Of a DNA stretch of 64,000 nt, positions 13,691 to 29,398 are shown piece by piece. Origin of the DNA: Octopus vulgaris (Eukaryota); the NCBI GenBank assembly GCA_951406725.2, contig OX597814.1:210242001-210306000 (forward strand). The letters are read 5' to 3'. The translations under genes were made by a program, and so were the position numbers. The notes beneath the pieces are model-generated. The model ran no database searches. It was given only the letters and a program-made list of their open reading frames with translations, and was not told where the DNA came from. The first letter of the stretch is position 1; every line of letters begins with the position of its first letter.

Positions 13691-14159
13691 GGGTTGTAAA
13701 TATACAAACAATGCACCAATATAAGCCAAGCCTTGTGATCAAACACTTCGCTTCAAAGTCACGTGGTACTGGTTTGTATCTCACTTTGCTCGGGCATTAA
13801 TGACTTTTACTACATGGAGTTGACCAAACCACCGAGAGTAGAATTATGAAGTCATGTAGATTATCTTCTTCTAAGTACTATAATGTCTAAACATGATACT
13901 TCACAAAACTGAAATTGTAACCGATCTGAGTAAACAGATAGTTATAACATACATAGGTTTTCAAGCATCCAGGACGTTCTCCCACCCCCGCATGAATGGA
14001 AATAACGGACATTGCTTACCGACAGTTACTGTGTACTCAATTCTCAGCTAAAGCTGATTCAATTAAATAGAATGAAGTACCCGCATCGAAGTGACAACTC
14101 ATATGACATAGCTCACGTAAAATACAACATACTTTGAGTCTATTATATTAGTTTCAAAC

Positions 14160-14360
14160 TTTGACTCAAGTACAGCAAATTTGGCGGAGGGGCTTAGTCG
14201 ATTACATCGACCTTAGTGTATAACTGATACTTATGTTTTGACCCCAAAAGGATGAAAGAAAAATTTGAAGTGTGCGGAATTAGAACACAGAACGTATAGA
14301 CAGATCAAATGACTCTAAGCATTTTGCATGGCTTGCTAACGATTCTGCTAGCCCGCCTTC
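14160..14360 (-). mobile_element. SINE family C (Meta-domain-like), degenerate
   Basis: Reverse complement matches 26569-26735 (AGTCGATTACATCGACC...GACCCCAAAAGGATGAAAG...GCTAACGATTCTGCTAGCCCGCC). Confidence 0.7.
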
Positions 14361-14399
14361 CTTTTGAGTTTATTTATCTTACCCCTACAGTATTTCACC

Positions 14400-14552
14400 C
14401 ATCTTCTCGTTTTGAGTTCAGATTTCTCTGAGTTCGTCTTTGCCTTTCATCCTTTCGGGGTAGACGAAATAAGTACACGATGAGCAGAGGGGTCGATGTA
14501 ATCAACTTGCCCTTTCCTCGAAATTGCTGGACTTATGCTAAACCTTTAAATC
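14400..14552 (+). mobile_element. SINE family C (Meta-domain-like), partial
   Basis: CTTTGCCTTTCATCCTTTCGGGGTAGACGAAATAAGTAC...GGGGTCGATGTAATCAACTT matches 26665-26735. Confidence 0.75.
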
Positions 14553-15418
14553 AACATTATTTCTATTTAATAATACAATATGAACTATCATTGCTGTAGC
14601 CCTCTGGTTAAGAATATTTTATACACATATGATGGAATCATATTGGTACGTTTTTGTTTTAGATATGTCTGATATATAATTCACACGTCTACCATGCAAA
14701 AGATTATTTTGTAACTATTTTCTACAAGAACATCTTAATATTATTCATTTAATAGATTATTGTTTAATCATACATATCTAAAATGTGCATCGTATAAATG
14801 AAATACGAAACAGAATTTCTCATACTACTAGATAAACATGAATATAAAAACAGAATCAGTTTTATACAGCATCATGTGCATAGTAGTTTCGCATTAGATG
14901 TATGTGCTAAAGTCTCTTTTATCATTGTTCTTTTAAGATATTTCATCTTTATCTACACATATTCCGATAGTGAATTGAACGTCTGGGACTAATAAGCTTT
15001 TATAATATAAGCCAATATTTATAAAATGCAAGACATTTTCTTGCAATACCGACTGCGAATTAAGAAAGTAATGACGTTACAGAAGTATTTAATAAATCGC
15101 TCTTATTTTGTGATCTACTTTTATTATAGAGAAGAATTAGAATCAATCCGTTCTTCCACGTTTTATAGAAGCAGTGCATTTATTTAAATATATGTCGCTC
15201 AGCATGTAACTATCTGTAGTTTTCTTAGACTTAGGAATACGAAGGGCACAAAGAGATGTGTGTTTAGAAAAATGTGTTGCATTTCATTGATCCCACGTTG
15301 CATGCAAAGCGAAAGTTGCTTGATTTTCGAAACGGATCAATAGTGCATATTGTTATCGATTTCTGTGCGCATCAGTAAGAATGAATGGATAATAAAGGTT
15401 CTCAGAAAAACAAAACGA

Positions 15419-15428
15419 AATAAATGAA

Positions 15429-15467
<39 letters not shown>

Positions 15468-15478
15468 ATAGAAATAAA
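15419..15478. repeat. (AAAT)n microsatellite
   Basis: Seen directly. Confidence 0.9.
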
Positions 15479-16837
15479 TGATGACAGACTTACTTGATTA
15501 ATCCAGCAGTTAGTTGTTATAATCTGATCCTTTTCATCCTGAAGTAAAGAAAAGACGAAATATTTATAAAATTTTGATTATACGGCAAAAGTAAATATTA
15601 TAAAGGTAAGATCAATATTTTAGGGAATTATATGCAGTTTGAATTGACGAATAAAGAAAATAAAAGTAACTAAAATCTCGGAATAATAATAGGAGCAGAA
15701 ATATTAATAGAAACCGAAGTAATATAACGAAAACAAGAACAACAGCATTGCTAGTTTAGACTAATGGTATGGTATAGAGAAGTTTAAGGACCAGATAAAA
15801 TTATTTGTTCGCTTTGTTTGCATGTAGAGTAATATTGTAGATACATTTTTAATTTGTTTTCTTTTTCTCACCAAATTTTAGATGGTAGGTTACGTTGCTG
15901 CTGTGCTCCGTTTATATTTCTATTGCTGAAAATTATCTTGTCGATCGACGTCGTCTCGGCGTTGCTTAGTTTGAAGTTGAGTCTAAAATTCGTCGCATAC
16001 AAACTCCGTTTCTCATTATCGGTGAAAATTTTGCTGGCTCTCTCTGTCACACTTCACTAACACGTATTTTGTGTTTTTATCTATGGTTGCACTTTGGATC
16101 AATGGTATTTTATGCAGGAATTTAAGGTCAAATTATTTGTAGGTCAAATTATTTGCATGTTTCATTTGCATGGAGTGTAGGTTTAAGTAGGTTTTGATAA
16201 TTGTTCTCTTCTACTCATGAAATTTCGGATGATAAGTTATATTTCTATTTCTATTCCCGGGTTCATCAGCTTGTATATATATATATATTTATACATATAT
16301 GAGTGCGTGTGAGTGTGTTTCTGCCTCACCGGTTGACAGTCCATGTGTGTTTACGTCTGCGTAAATTAAGAAGTTCTTCAAAAGTGACGATGGAATAAGC
16401 TCCAGGTATGAAATAAAAATAAAGTTAAAAGATCAACTTAAACTTTGAAGGTCGTGCTCCCTCTTATACGTAGACTTGCATAAAAATATCGGCAAAAACG
16501 AAACAAAAACGTGACTGCTGATGCATCACACTGATGGTCAAAACCCAATGTGAGAAATAACACACACGGCCTATACATTCAGTTCAGATTTTTTAAAATT
16601 ATTTCTTTGAAGGCTTAAAAAACATCGAATATTGATTTCGGAACGTTACTGTTCCAGCCAAATTGTGAAACAGCTATTACGAAAAATTTTAAAAATCTAA
16701 AATGCAAAAGACGATGATTGAACCTAGTCGTGTATGTAAAGAAACGAGTATGAAATTTAAATAAAAATGTTCCTTGTATATACGTAAATATATGTACGTA
16801 TATACATGTATATATAAACATATACAAATATATGATT

Positions 16838-16889
<52 letters not shown>

Positions 16890-17109
16890 CACATATATAT
16901 ACGTACAAATTTGTATGTAAATATGTATATATGCATACACACACATATGTACAGGCATAAATGCATATATGCAAATTCAAACGCACTTGTACACTTACAA
17001 GCATACCTAAAATGTTAAAATATATTGTTAGTATGGTAATGTAAATTGCAAATATCTCATAGTTATATCAATAGAAATATATCGAAGAAGATTGTATTAT
17101 AAATGTATG

Positions 17110-17171
<62 letters not shown>

Positions 17172-17719
17172 ATAGGAACATATTTAATTGAAATATTAAA
17201 TTGCGCTAAACCTGACTCTCTGAATCAACTGTGCTAATGCTCGAGGTTTGATGGTATTTTAATAGAACATGAATAAATAAAATCAATTAATTCAATTTTG
17301 TTGAATAATTAATCCTTTTGTTGAATACTTATAGCAATTGACACCACCTACGGAATGTTAAAGGCTCTTTGCAAATATTCTGTAACTGTGAATTCTTGAT
17401 GAATGCCAAAGGAAAGTTGTTGGGTTATAGCATTTATTGACAGCATAATTAGTTAGCTCACAAAAGAAGTTATATATAAAATTAAATTTTCCTCTAGCTA
17501 TTGGGGGGTACATAAAAATGAAATGGAAAGTGTGTAGCTGAATAATTAAGTCAAAAATTAATTTCAAGTGTGTTATTTGTTACACATTCTACTTTTTATA
17601 ATTCAGTGTTGCTTTTCTATTATTTGGAATAGAAATAAATTGGATAAAAGCTCCAAAAATCAATGCCATCCATATGCTAACACCTATCAATAACGACAAT
17701 AATAAAAGTAGTCCATTCT

Positions 17720-17855
17720 ATAGAGAAGGGGGCTTGTCGGTTACATCGACCTCATTGCGCAACGGGTATTTATTTATCGTGCGGAATTTGAACTCAGAAA
17801 GTTAAGACAAACGAAATAACGCTAAACAATTTTCATGCGTGCTAACAAATGCGGT
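17720..17855 (-). mobile_element. SINE family C fragment
   Basis: GTCGGTTACATCGACC...GCGGAATTTGAACTCAGAA...CGTGCTAAC matches the reverse complement of the 26.6 kb copy. Confidence 0.6.
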
Positions 17856-17874
17856 AGCTCACCTCCATAATGTT

Positions 17875-18360
<486 letters not shown>

Positions 18361-21300
18361 ACACGTGATTGTCTTAACTGGTGCATCACATGTACTGAGA
18401 AGAGCATTGTTGCTATGATTTTTTTTTTCCTTTTTCTCTTTACTTTCTTTGTTTACATTTTAATTTTTTATTTTTTATTTTTTCCCTTTTTCTCTCTGTC
18501 TTTCTTCCTCTTTTTCTCTTTCACATGACTTTGTAAAGGAACAATTTGGTGTGTTTATTTTAATAGCCTACCAACGTATGCAGTGAGTTTCTTTGTTCCA
18601 GGTGTCAGGAAGACACTCGGCAAGAAATGGAAACAAAATTGAAAGAAGATAACAGCAACAACAAATCGGAGCTCACAGCCACATTTTCCCCCTGCCTTCA
18701 TTTCGTTTGGCGGTTCATTGTATTTTAAAGAAAGAAGTGTAAAGTAATTTTCACATAGGAGGTAATAGTTATATCTTCACCATTTTGAAAGTGAATTTAT
18801 TGTGCGAATTCCCTTTCAATTCGTTCCTTTCCAACTGCGTAGAATAACTGCCACTTCTGCCCGGTATTTCTTTATGTCTACTATTCATTGTCACAAAAAG
18901 ATTGCGTGACACTGGTGGTTATGACTGGAACTTATTACGATGCCTTCGGAAATGTACCTGTAAGTGCCATACGGGTAACGGCTTGCACCGCAAGCTTTTG
19001 CCGTTTCTTTTTTTTTTATTTCTCTTAGATTTTTCATCTCTTCGTGACACGAAACGTTGAAATGGAATATACTACTATGTGTGTAGCACATGGTAATATA
19101 TGTCAGAGCAGGAATTGTCTTGTGCTACATGCTTCAACGAATCAATTAAATCAGGAATACACGAGAGGGGGCAAAAATTATAGACGAAGTATAGCAAACA
19201 GTCACTTCCATGAAAGATTCATTAGGTAGGCGTCAAAGGTATTGTATCTCGATATTCCCTCTCAAAATGGAAGGTGTATTGATTTTAGTGCTAATCTTTA
19301 AAGTAAAGTTTATGCGGAACAAGTATCTTAAAACATTTACGGATAATTGTTTCTCTCTCTTCCATTAACAATTTTTAGAAATAAGGATTTTTCTGCGCTA
19401 ACAAATGTAAATGTTAAAGCATGGAAACATCTGGCCTTGTTTGATATATCGTACCACTGTACTGCGTTGAAGTACACTCGAAGAGTCCAGAAAATAGAAA
19501 GCAATTTTTGAAGTTTACTGAACGGTGTGTAGTAATTCTGATTATCGAACTGGCGAGATTGGTGAATACAGAAGACTGGAAATGATTGGCCGTAATTAGG
19601 CATTACTCTTCTAAGAACGAGGGTATGGTATCTTTCATTATTTGTTTCAATCGTGAAACTTGATGATCAGGAGTCAGCCATGTTTAGATATAGTTCCAAA
19701 GCCTCATTTTTGGCTGGCTGGCGAAATGATGGAAATGACTGTGAGTAATAATAATAGTAATAGTAATAACAGTAATCATTACCAAAAGGAAATATTTTAC
19801 ACGCTCATATTATAGAAACCAAAATAAGCTGTTGAGAATCCGAACAACGTTTCTCAACTTTTGAACAGGGTGATCTATAGTTTTCTTATAAAACTGAACC
19901 GTAGATATACAAGTTTGTTGTTTGTAGGCTACAAAATTGGTTTTGGTTTACTTACCAAGGAATCTATGTTTACGACACATTTAAATTTTCTGTCTAACAG
20001 ATCTACATTTGAGACCATTCCAAGACGCCGCTGCCTAAAAGCTATTAATTCAAAGCATTTATTTGCTTTTTGATGTAAAATGAGAATAAAAACTTGAAGA
20101 ACCATTGTGTCAATGAAGACAGTTCAAAATATAGATTAGGTGAAAATTGGAAAACTCTTATAAATTCAGCCTAAATAAAATTCATATTTATTAGCGAAAG
20201 AGTGAATAATATATAATTCTTTTACAAATACAATTTGAACTTATGAATTTTAATTATCACATTTGAGTTCATGTAACAATATTTTTCTAAAAATTCCTTT
20301 GTAGACAAGAGATTTGCTATGATGGTCTGAATCGGATAAAGCTATGAATGAGACAGTAAGGTACTGATATGTTTTAAAAGTATCGATAAAAATATCGAAT
20401 TTTTATAATCAATATAAGTGTATAAAAAGGAAATTAGAGGAAACAAGATGATTTCCACACAGCATAATTTCTGATTATTTATGGATCGTTGACTACAACA
20501 ATTATTGTTCTCGAAATTTATAAATAGCATAGGCTATTACCTTCACGCATATCGCCGTCGGTTCCACTCATTATCTCCTCCTTTTTAATCTGAATATATT
20601 AATCAAATGCACATACATACATACACCTGTATACATACATACATGCATACATACATACACACATATATACATACATAGAGGCGTACAAGCACATAAAAAC
20701 GTACGCACACACACACACACATGTATATATATATATATATATATGTAAGTATATGTATACATGCAGGCATGTATATTAGCATTTAAATGACTGAATACGC
20801 AGACGTACATACACGCAAAGACAAAAACATACAAACACAAACACATACACACATATACACGTACATACGTACATATACCCATACATAAAGAATGTCAGAG
20901 GGAATTAAATTTGAATAAAATTTAGATCATTGTTTATGCGCGTTAATAGAATTCCTTTAATTATCTATAAATATTCACAAACACTTTCAATTAAGTTAGA
21001 AACAATAACCACAAACCGCGAATTTTATACGTAACAATTATCAAAGTAGAGGGCAAAAATTATAGTTGGGTCATGATGATGAATTTTCCTTTTTCCTGTT
21101 TTTTTTAAAATTTATATATTGCAAAATACGATTTCGAGAAAATGGCTTTGAATATGATATTTAAAATATATTACTGTTGAAAGTCAGACATAATTGCTAT
21201 ATTTTACGTAGCCAGAAATAAGTTGCAGTTAACAGAACTATCTGAGAATCATTGAAGCACAGTGCAATAAGATAATTGATAATTTCTTAAAAGAAACGGA

Positions 21301-21679
21301 CGATACTGTGAAAAGACAAAAGATATGATGCGAAATATATTATGATATACATCAAACGATTCAGAAAGCAGAATAGTACTGAGGGAACAAAGCGTAGAGC
21401 GTGTAACCATATACATGAAGCAATTTACTTTACAACTTATCTTAAAGTGAGCCATAAATTATTGGAAGTGTGACAGAACCTTTCTTTATGTACGTTACAT
21501 CGTCTAAAACAAAATCCATGGACGATATTTCAGTTCAGTCGAATGAGGCAAATAGTGTTTCGGAGATGGAAAACATATGCAGGGTGACTCAAATCACATA
21601 GCTGTCGATCAGAGGCAGGCATCAGAAATTCTATTACATTCTCAACGAACCAACGCTGTTCTATCTATTGGGAAATGTG

Positions 21680-22145
<466 letters not shown>

Positions 22146-22499
22146 CGATATTATTGTTTACGATAATATTTATTGGTAAGCATGCGTAAAAGAATACCAT
22201 AAGGTAAAAAATTATTAGTTAACAGCACGCTAACAATAGCAGTCAGAAGACGACTACAACCACAAATTTTCATTGATACACATTAATTGAAATCGGAGGA
22301 ATGAGCAGAAATTCTAAGCCCATGTGCCAATAAGAAAAAGAAACGTAACTTGAATCGTAATATCCTGCGCGATTTGATGGCTAGAGTTTGTGCAAAGCCC
22401 TGTCATTCACACACACATACACACGCATGCACATATGCACACATACATATATGAATATGTATACATTTATATACATACACGCACTCATTTATGCATCTG

Positions 22500-22566
<67 letters not shown>

Positions 22567-23047
22567 GTCTGTATGTCTGTCTGTCTATCTATCTATCTAT
22601 CACATTTCTTGGCATTCTCTTTCTTTCTCCGCTTGATCTCCGCTCGCAGAACACCTCATGTTCTTGTCTCCTGACTATCATCTACACTTGTTGCCGTAAG
22701 GCTTCCACTTCACACTCCAGCTTAACTGAACTTGTCCCTTTAGTGGAAAAACCTGTTGCTTGTATTTGTAATTATGTAGCATTTTCTCAGTTTTCTTGTT
22801 TTTTTGTCCTTGTCGCACATATTCGACCGCTTTCTTCCAAAAATTTATCGTCCTTAGCTTAGATTTTTTGGGCTTACCAAGTTTGAACAGTCTCAAGTGT
22901 AACAGGCCGAAACTGCAGTGATAATTGGAAGCTTGACAGATAAACAGAAAGCCAGAAATGTTCCGTTTTAGTTTTCTTGTCCGTCCTTGTATCATCCATA
23001 TGTCCGTGTGTTTTCAGTGTCGTTTGTTACGTTCTTCTTTCAGTGTT

Positions 23048-23100
<53 letters not shown>

Positions 23101-23104
<4 letters not shown>

Positions 23105-23419
23105 CGTGATCACCGTGATCACCGTGACCGACCAGGTTATCAGATGTTGCTACACATCGCTGGTCACTATGCGCTACGCATTGTTTTAGCCTTCAAATGA
23201 CGCCACCCAGCTGGCTAAGCGAGCAGGCCAACAAAAGAAAGAGTGAGAGAAAGTTGTGGCGAAAGAGTACAACAGGGATCGCCACCACGCCATGCCGGAG
23301 ACTCGTGGAGCTTTAGGTGTTTTCGCTCAATAAACACTCACAATGCCCGATCTGGGAATCGAAACCGCGATCCTACGACCGCGAGTCCGCTGCCCTAACC
23401 ACTGGGCCATTGCGCCTCC

Positions 23420-23421
<2 letters not shown>
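23101..23421 (-). mobile_element. tRNA-derived SINE, family A with type-2 3' body
   Basis: Same head as 6018 and same body as 3831-4118. The tail is a 9-bp tandem (TCACCGTGA)x3. Lies between (TA)n and (CA)n. Confidence 0.9.
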
Positions 23422-23494
<73 letters not shown>

Positions 23495-24855
23495 GATTGA
23501 TTGATAGATACATGTATATAAATATAGACATATTTGAAAATTTAAAAAGTTATTTCCTATAAAAATAATGATAAAATGGCCAGCAAATATTATTCAAATA
23601 ATCAAAATACATTAAAACAAAATGCCAGGTTATATAGTAACTCTGGCTGACGATTTTTAAGTGTTGGCTCAACACAGAAAGCGAAATCAATTGATATCAG
23701 AATATCTAAGATTTTACTTGTATTTTACTATATGTATCTTAGAAGTGAGAGGACTGTTTCGAAGATATATATTTGCTATATTTTCCGTGCGTGTTTATAT
23801 ATAGTGAGAGATGCGTGGTTTTGAAGGGTTTTAGCTACTATTTCAAGCAAAGAGGTACTTATTGTGCCCTAACTTTTTATTACATGTATATATACAATAT
23901 ACATATATATGTGTGTGTGTGTGTGTTTTGTATATATTCATGCGTATGTATATATGCATGAGTGTCTTTATAATTTAACAATTCGGTAACGGGTATTCGA
24001 CACGAAGAAAATTCAGATCTTTTTAAAAAATATGTTAATCTTCGAAGCATGACTATCCGTCTTACTAGATTTAAACATCAGTCTGATCGTATCTGCTAAA
24101 TCAAAATTGGGAAATATCTGATGTAGTTAACCAAGTGCTATGCCAGAATGATAAAACATCAGCAAACTTGCAGATTCTCACTATGCAGTAAATCACACAG
24201 CTGAAAGAATCCTTCAGCCTACCATTCTATGACGTTTCATCTTTGTTTTAAACTAGAAACATTATTCCTTGAATTGGAATTACCGCCGTCTTGGATATCA
24301 TGGCAGCTATCCACTCAGATCAAATTTTTCAGCATATCCTAGTTTTGCCTTATTCAATTCTTATTCAGCAATAAATGTAGACTATGTGAAACCCAGGTAG
24401 GTGAGGAGGAGCCATCGCTGCTAGATTTTCCTCGATCAAGTCGACTTTACTAGCATGATTTTATTGACTAAATCCGTTGCAACTCTATTCCACCATAAAC
24501 ATAAAAACTAACCCTGACTAAAATATCTAAAGGAATACAAGGTAAAAAGCAGGTGTTTTCTTGATGTTTATTGCAAGGTGAAATGCAGCATAACCCAAGA
24601 CTCAGTAATGTGTGCGTGTCGTTTTTGTGTCAATAAATAGCAGCAGTGTCTACATAAATCACTTCTGTATAAAACCCATTTCAATGTCTATTCAGTTTAA
24701 AGTCTTCACCTGCTGTTCAAGAAATAAGGTGAGTGGAAGTATCACATTCTTGAAAGATCGTGTGACAAGTATAGCAAAGGATATTGAGAATATATTATGG
24801 TCTGAACTATCAAGTTATTCTCCGTTAGGTGAGTCCAGACCCAATATCTTATTTT

Positions 24856-25081
24856 TCTCTTTCTCTTTTCTCTTTTACTTGTTTCAGTCATATGACTGTG
24901 GCCCTTCAGGAGTAACGCCTTTTAGTCGACCAAATCGACCCTAGGACTTATTCATTGGAAGCCTAGTACTTATTCTATCGGTCTCTTTTGACGAAACGCT
25001 AAGTTACAGGGACGTAAACACACCAGCATCGGTTGTTAAGCGATATTGGGGGGAAAAACGCAGACACACAAACACACACAT

Positions 25082-25136
<55 letters not shown>

Positions 25137-25301
25137 TACGACGGGCTTCTTTCAGTTTCCGTCTACCGAATCCACTCACAAGGCTTTGGTCGGCCCGAGG
25201 CTATAGAAGAAGACACTTGCCCAAGGTACCACGCAGTGGGACTGAACCTGGAACCATGTGGTTGGTAAGCAAGCTACTTACCACACAGCCACTCTTGCGC
25301 C
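24856..25301 (-). mobile_element. tRNA-derived SINE family B with internal (CA)/(TA) microsatellite
   Basis: Minus strand starts GGCGCAAGAGTGGCTGTGTGGTAAG (A box)...GGTTCAGTCCC (B box)...CCTTGGGCAAGTGTCTT, and ends in an (AAAAGAG)-like tail. Matches the 44861 and 52952 copies. Confidence 0.9.
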
Positions 25302-26568
25302 TGGAGTAAATTCTTAAACACATTCACAGGTTTTTGGTGTACGACCCAACTACTCAAGAATATTCCACGATGCACCTTAGTTATCAATATAAAATACTTT
25401 TGTTAAGATAACAAAAGCCTTATATAGTCGTACCTTGTTCATTAGATTTCTCTCCATGTTTTTTTTTTCGCAAAGTTAATCATCTCCATATACACCCACA
25501 TGCATATACGTAGACATACATATGATCTCAATGCGCGGGCTATAAGAAGTCTTTCTTTGTTCTCCATGAAATAATACCAAATTATTCCAAGTAGACATGC
25601 ATGGAAGTTAGTCCTATTATTCTAGTATTTCGTTAATGCATAACCAACATGAAAATTAAATTATAGCAATATACAACAGACAGACTTCGAAATATTGTGT
25701 AAGTTTTTGTATTTTTACATTTAAAACATATCGTTTTCTTTTATTTTCGAAATTTGCACTGATGATGAAATATGTTGACTGTAGATTATGTGATAACATT
25801 TCAACAATATTGTCTTTAGTTTCGTTACTCCCTTTATCAGTAAACCTATTTATCACAATACATTTCCTTTGTATACAACAATCCGAAAGTATGGATATTC
25901 TACATCACAGTTAAAAAAAACAAATTTACAGTTAAAGAAACTGTAAATTTATTTTTCCTACTTGGAAATATTTCTAATGCACAAAGAAAAAAAACAAATT
26001 TGAATGTCATACTTCAAATCTATTATTGTTCAAAAAAAGAAGGCATCGAAATATTTTAGGAAAACAGGAAGAGAGAGAAAGAGGGGGAAATAGAGAAAGA
26101 AGAGTTACATTTTGAAATTCGACTCTATATTGCCGAAAATAATTACATTTAATAGAAAAATGTATTATTCCTCAAGAAATAATAAAAGCAAATTTATCCA
26201 AATATAGATGATATATTCTATAGAACCAAGGAATAACTACCACTAAAAACTTTCGCTAAGAGTTGTGCCAACCAGATAAATATATGAGTAAATTACGTGT
26301 ATTATACCTATTAGGAGGAATCTGCTGAATAGCAGTTGTTACTCTGTGATGGCTGCCACATGTATCGTCACAGCATTAAACTTGTGCACACATACACGCA
26401 CACATACACACACATACACATGCAAACATATACATTAACACAGATATAGCCACACAGATAATAATAGCAAAAATACACAGAAATAAATTCACCCTAACAA
26501 GCAAAATGTAGTCGTCGGATTCCTTCTACTTGCCCCATTAGGTGGATTTCCTCTTTCAAAATTAGTAA

Positions 26569-26799
26569 GGCGGTGAGCTGGCAGAAACGTTAGCACGCCG
26601 GGCGAAATGCATAGCCATATTTCGCCTGCCGTTACGTCCTGAGTCCAAATTCCGCAGAGGTCGACTTTGCCTTTCATCCTTTCGGGGTCGATAAATTAAG
26701 TACCAGTTACGCACTGGGGTCAATGTAATCGACTTAATCCGTTTGTCTGTCCTTGTTTGTCCCCTCTGTGTTTAGCCCCTTGTGGGTAGTAAAGAAATA
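26569..26799 (+). mobile_element. SINE family C, best-preserved copy (Meta-domain-like core)
   Basis: GGCGGTGAGCTGGCAGAAACGTTAG head. Core GACTTTGCCTTTCATCCTTTCGGGGTCGATAAATTAAGTACCAG resembles the MetaSINE central domain. At least 6 related fragments in the window. Confidence 0.85.
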
Positions 26800-27429
26800 T
26801 ATACTAAGCTTTTTTTAATAACTTTTAATTGTTTTGTAGAATTTCAAAATATGCATTGAATTGAATTCGCAGGGAAAACATCACATTTATGTTCTAATTT
26901 CTTAAGAAAACCTTACGTGGTTAACTTAGACCGTAACTTTGTTAAACCAAACCTATAGCCCACGCATGCTGGTTACGTAGCCTCAACGCATCACCCTGAC
27001 AATGGTGACTCTCACATTGAAGGTTGCTTAAGCTCAAAGCCCGCTGAACGTTGCCTGACCTACTGACTCACGCGAACAGCTTACCTTACGATGTGTGTGG
27101 GATCCAATACAAGGAACTGACATTTTTGATTATACTGTACCACTGTGTTAAAGTGGTGCTCGCATTCTGCCATTAGCCTTTCAGAACACTTGGGCCTAAA
27201 AACAACCGGTGTCGCTTTGATAGCATTAATACCATACTACCTGAGTTGATTAACAGGCATCTACTCTTAGAAGCTGTCTTGAATTTCTATCAAACCTTCC
27301 ACTCCCACTGGGATATCTGCTGAAATGTACATTTGCTAAAATATTCTAGTAAATGTGCTAGCGATTTCAATTTCTTATTAGGAAACGTTATTTAGCAATT
27401 TTAACGCTTTAAAATTAATTTTGTATAAA

Positions 27430-27820
27430 TGGGATGGAAGCACTCCGTCGGTTACGACGACGAGGGTTCCGGTTGATCCGAATCAACGGAACAGCCTGCT
27501 CGGGAAATTAACGTGTAAGTGGCTGAGCACTCCACAGACACGTGTACCCTTAACGTAGTTCTCGGGGATATTCAGCGTGACACAGAGAGTGACCAGGCCG
27601 GCCCCTTGAAATACAGGTACAACAGAAACAGGAAGAAAGAGTGAGAGAAAGTTGTGGTGAAAGAGTACAGCAGGGATCACCACCATCCCCTGCCGGAGCC
27701 TCGTGGAGCTCTTAGGTGTTTTCGCTCAATAAACACTCACAACGCCCGGTCTGGGAATCGAAACCGCGATCCTATGACCGCGAGTCCGCTGCCCTAACCA
27801 CTGGGCCATTGTGCCTCCAC
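27430..27820 (-). mobile_element. Full-length tRNA-derived SINE, family A type-1
   Basis: Reverse complement of 6018-6399. TSD TTTGTATAA at 27420-27428 and 27821-27829. Confidence 0.93.
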
Positions 27821-28940
27821 TTTGTATAATCTTATGCTTCAATAGGACATGCTAGAACTGCATTGAATTTTTTCTCTATTTTTATCAAGTCCTTTCATTT
27901 ATAAAAAGACTGAATATTTGGCTAATTTGATAAAGCTGGAAGTGGGACCCAGCAACAACAGCAGATGAAGTTTATGCTTGCAACTGTCATGCGTCCAGTT
28001 CCAAGTAGCTACTGTACTTTTTCCCTTGCCTATACACCACGTAAATATGGATGAGCTCTGACCTTCTGAGATTGTAGTCTCTTGGCAGTAGTATGAATAT
28101 TTTCCATCTATAAAAGTAAGATTACTCAAGACAAAGCCAATACAGTAGAAATAATATAGGTTTGGTATTAATTTTGACATATGCAGAATCAGTCTGTGAT
28201 TCATGCAATAGTAATTGGAGTTTCACTGACGTAAAGCATACAAGCGATCATTCTGATATTATATCTAAATACCTTCAATAGTTTAATATGAAATTAGAAA
28301 TTATCTGCTGTATGCTTGAACAATGCTATGCAATGTCTATAATTTCTGGTTCTATGACCCCATCCCGCTTCTCCCAAACAAAAAGAACAACATTACATTT
28401 ACGTAACAGTTTGCTGTTCGAACATTCCACAGTTCCTATACCACCCCCATTCGACTTCATCTCTTACTACTGGGATTCCATCCATGATTTTTCTGCCTTA
28501 TTAATCCGGCTGAATACCCACTTCTACACCAGCAGCGAAGTCTTCTTTTTATGCTTGGCTGCTGAACACTTGCAGGATGCGTGAACATACTGAAGCATTT
28601 CTTTGAATGTAGCTAAAAGATACATCGTGATAGTACTTGCTTTATCATTGCCAATTGCAATTATAAGAATATAATATACACAAATTATATGGAGTCAACG
28701 CATACGAAATAATTGATTTTATGATAACAGTTTCTCGAAATAATGTTAAACTTGTCAAATAAATGTTAGGCTGTAGGAGTGAATTTGATCTTCTACATTT
28801 TATATATCATTGTTTGATGTTTTCACGCCTCTGATTTCTCTTCAATTTTTACTTGATTTATGTTAGATTTGAACACAATGAAGAAAAATACATAAACATG
28901 CACGTGAAAATGCTCATACATATACATACATATATACACT

Positions 28941-28981
<41 letters not shown>

Positions 28982-29053
28982 GCACATACATATGCACATA
29001 TATTTTATATGTATATTTATATAAAGAATACATGTATTTTACATTATACATAT

Positions 29054-29084
<31 letters not shown>

Positions 29085-29113
29085 GCGTGTGTGTGTTAAT
29101 GTGTGTGTATGTA

Positions 29114-29156
<43 letters not shown>

Positions 29157-29305
29157 ACAGTTGTTATAACTAAGATTCATTCGTAAAAAATATGTATTGA
29201 TCAATGTATTTTAAAGTTTTCTTTTAGTGCAGAATATCTTTTTCTACATGCGTGTATGCCTATCTATTCTGCAAGGTTGCATGATATACACAGACACACA
29301 CGCAC

Positions 29306-29348
<43 letters not shown>

Positions 29349-29360
29349 CTCACTCTCTCA

Positions 29361-29398
<38 letters not shown>

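Noticed and set aside
13528-13800. Ser/Gln/Leu-rich ORFs
   Set aside because: Arise from a CAG-type repeat; no splice or homology support.
27899-28204. Possible exon (101-aa ORF, TTTTATAG acceptor on the minus strand)
   Set aside because: No recognisable protein motif or convincing donor; cannot be supported without RNA data.
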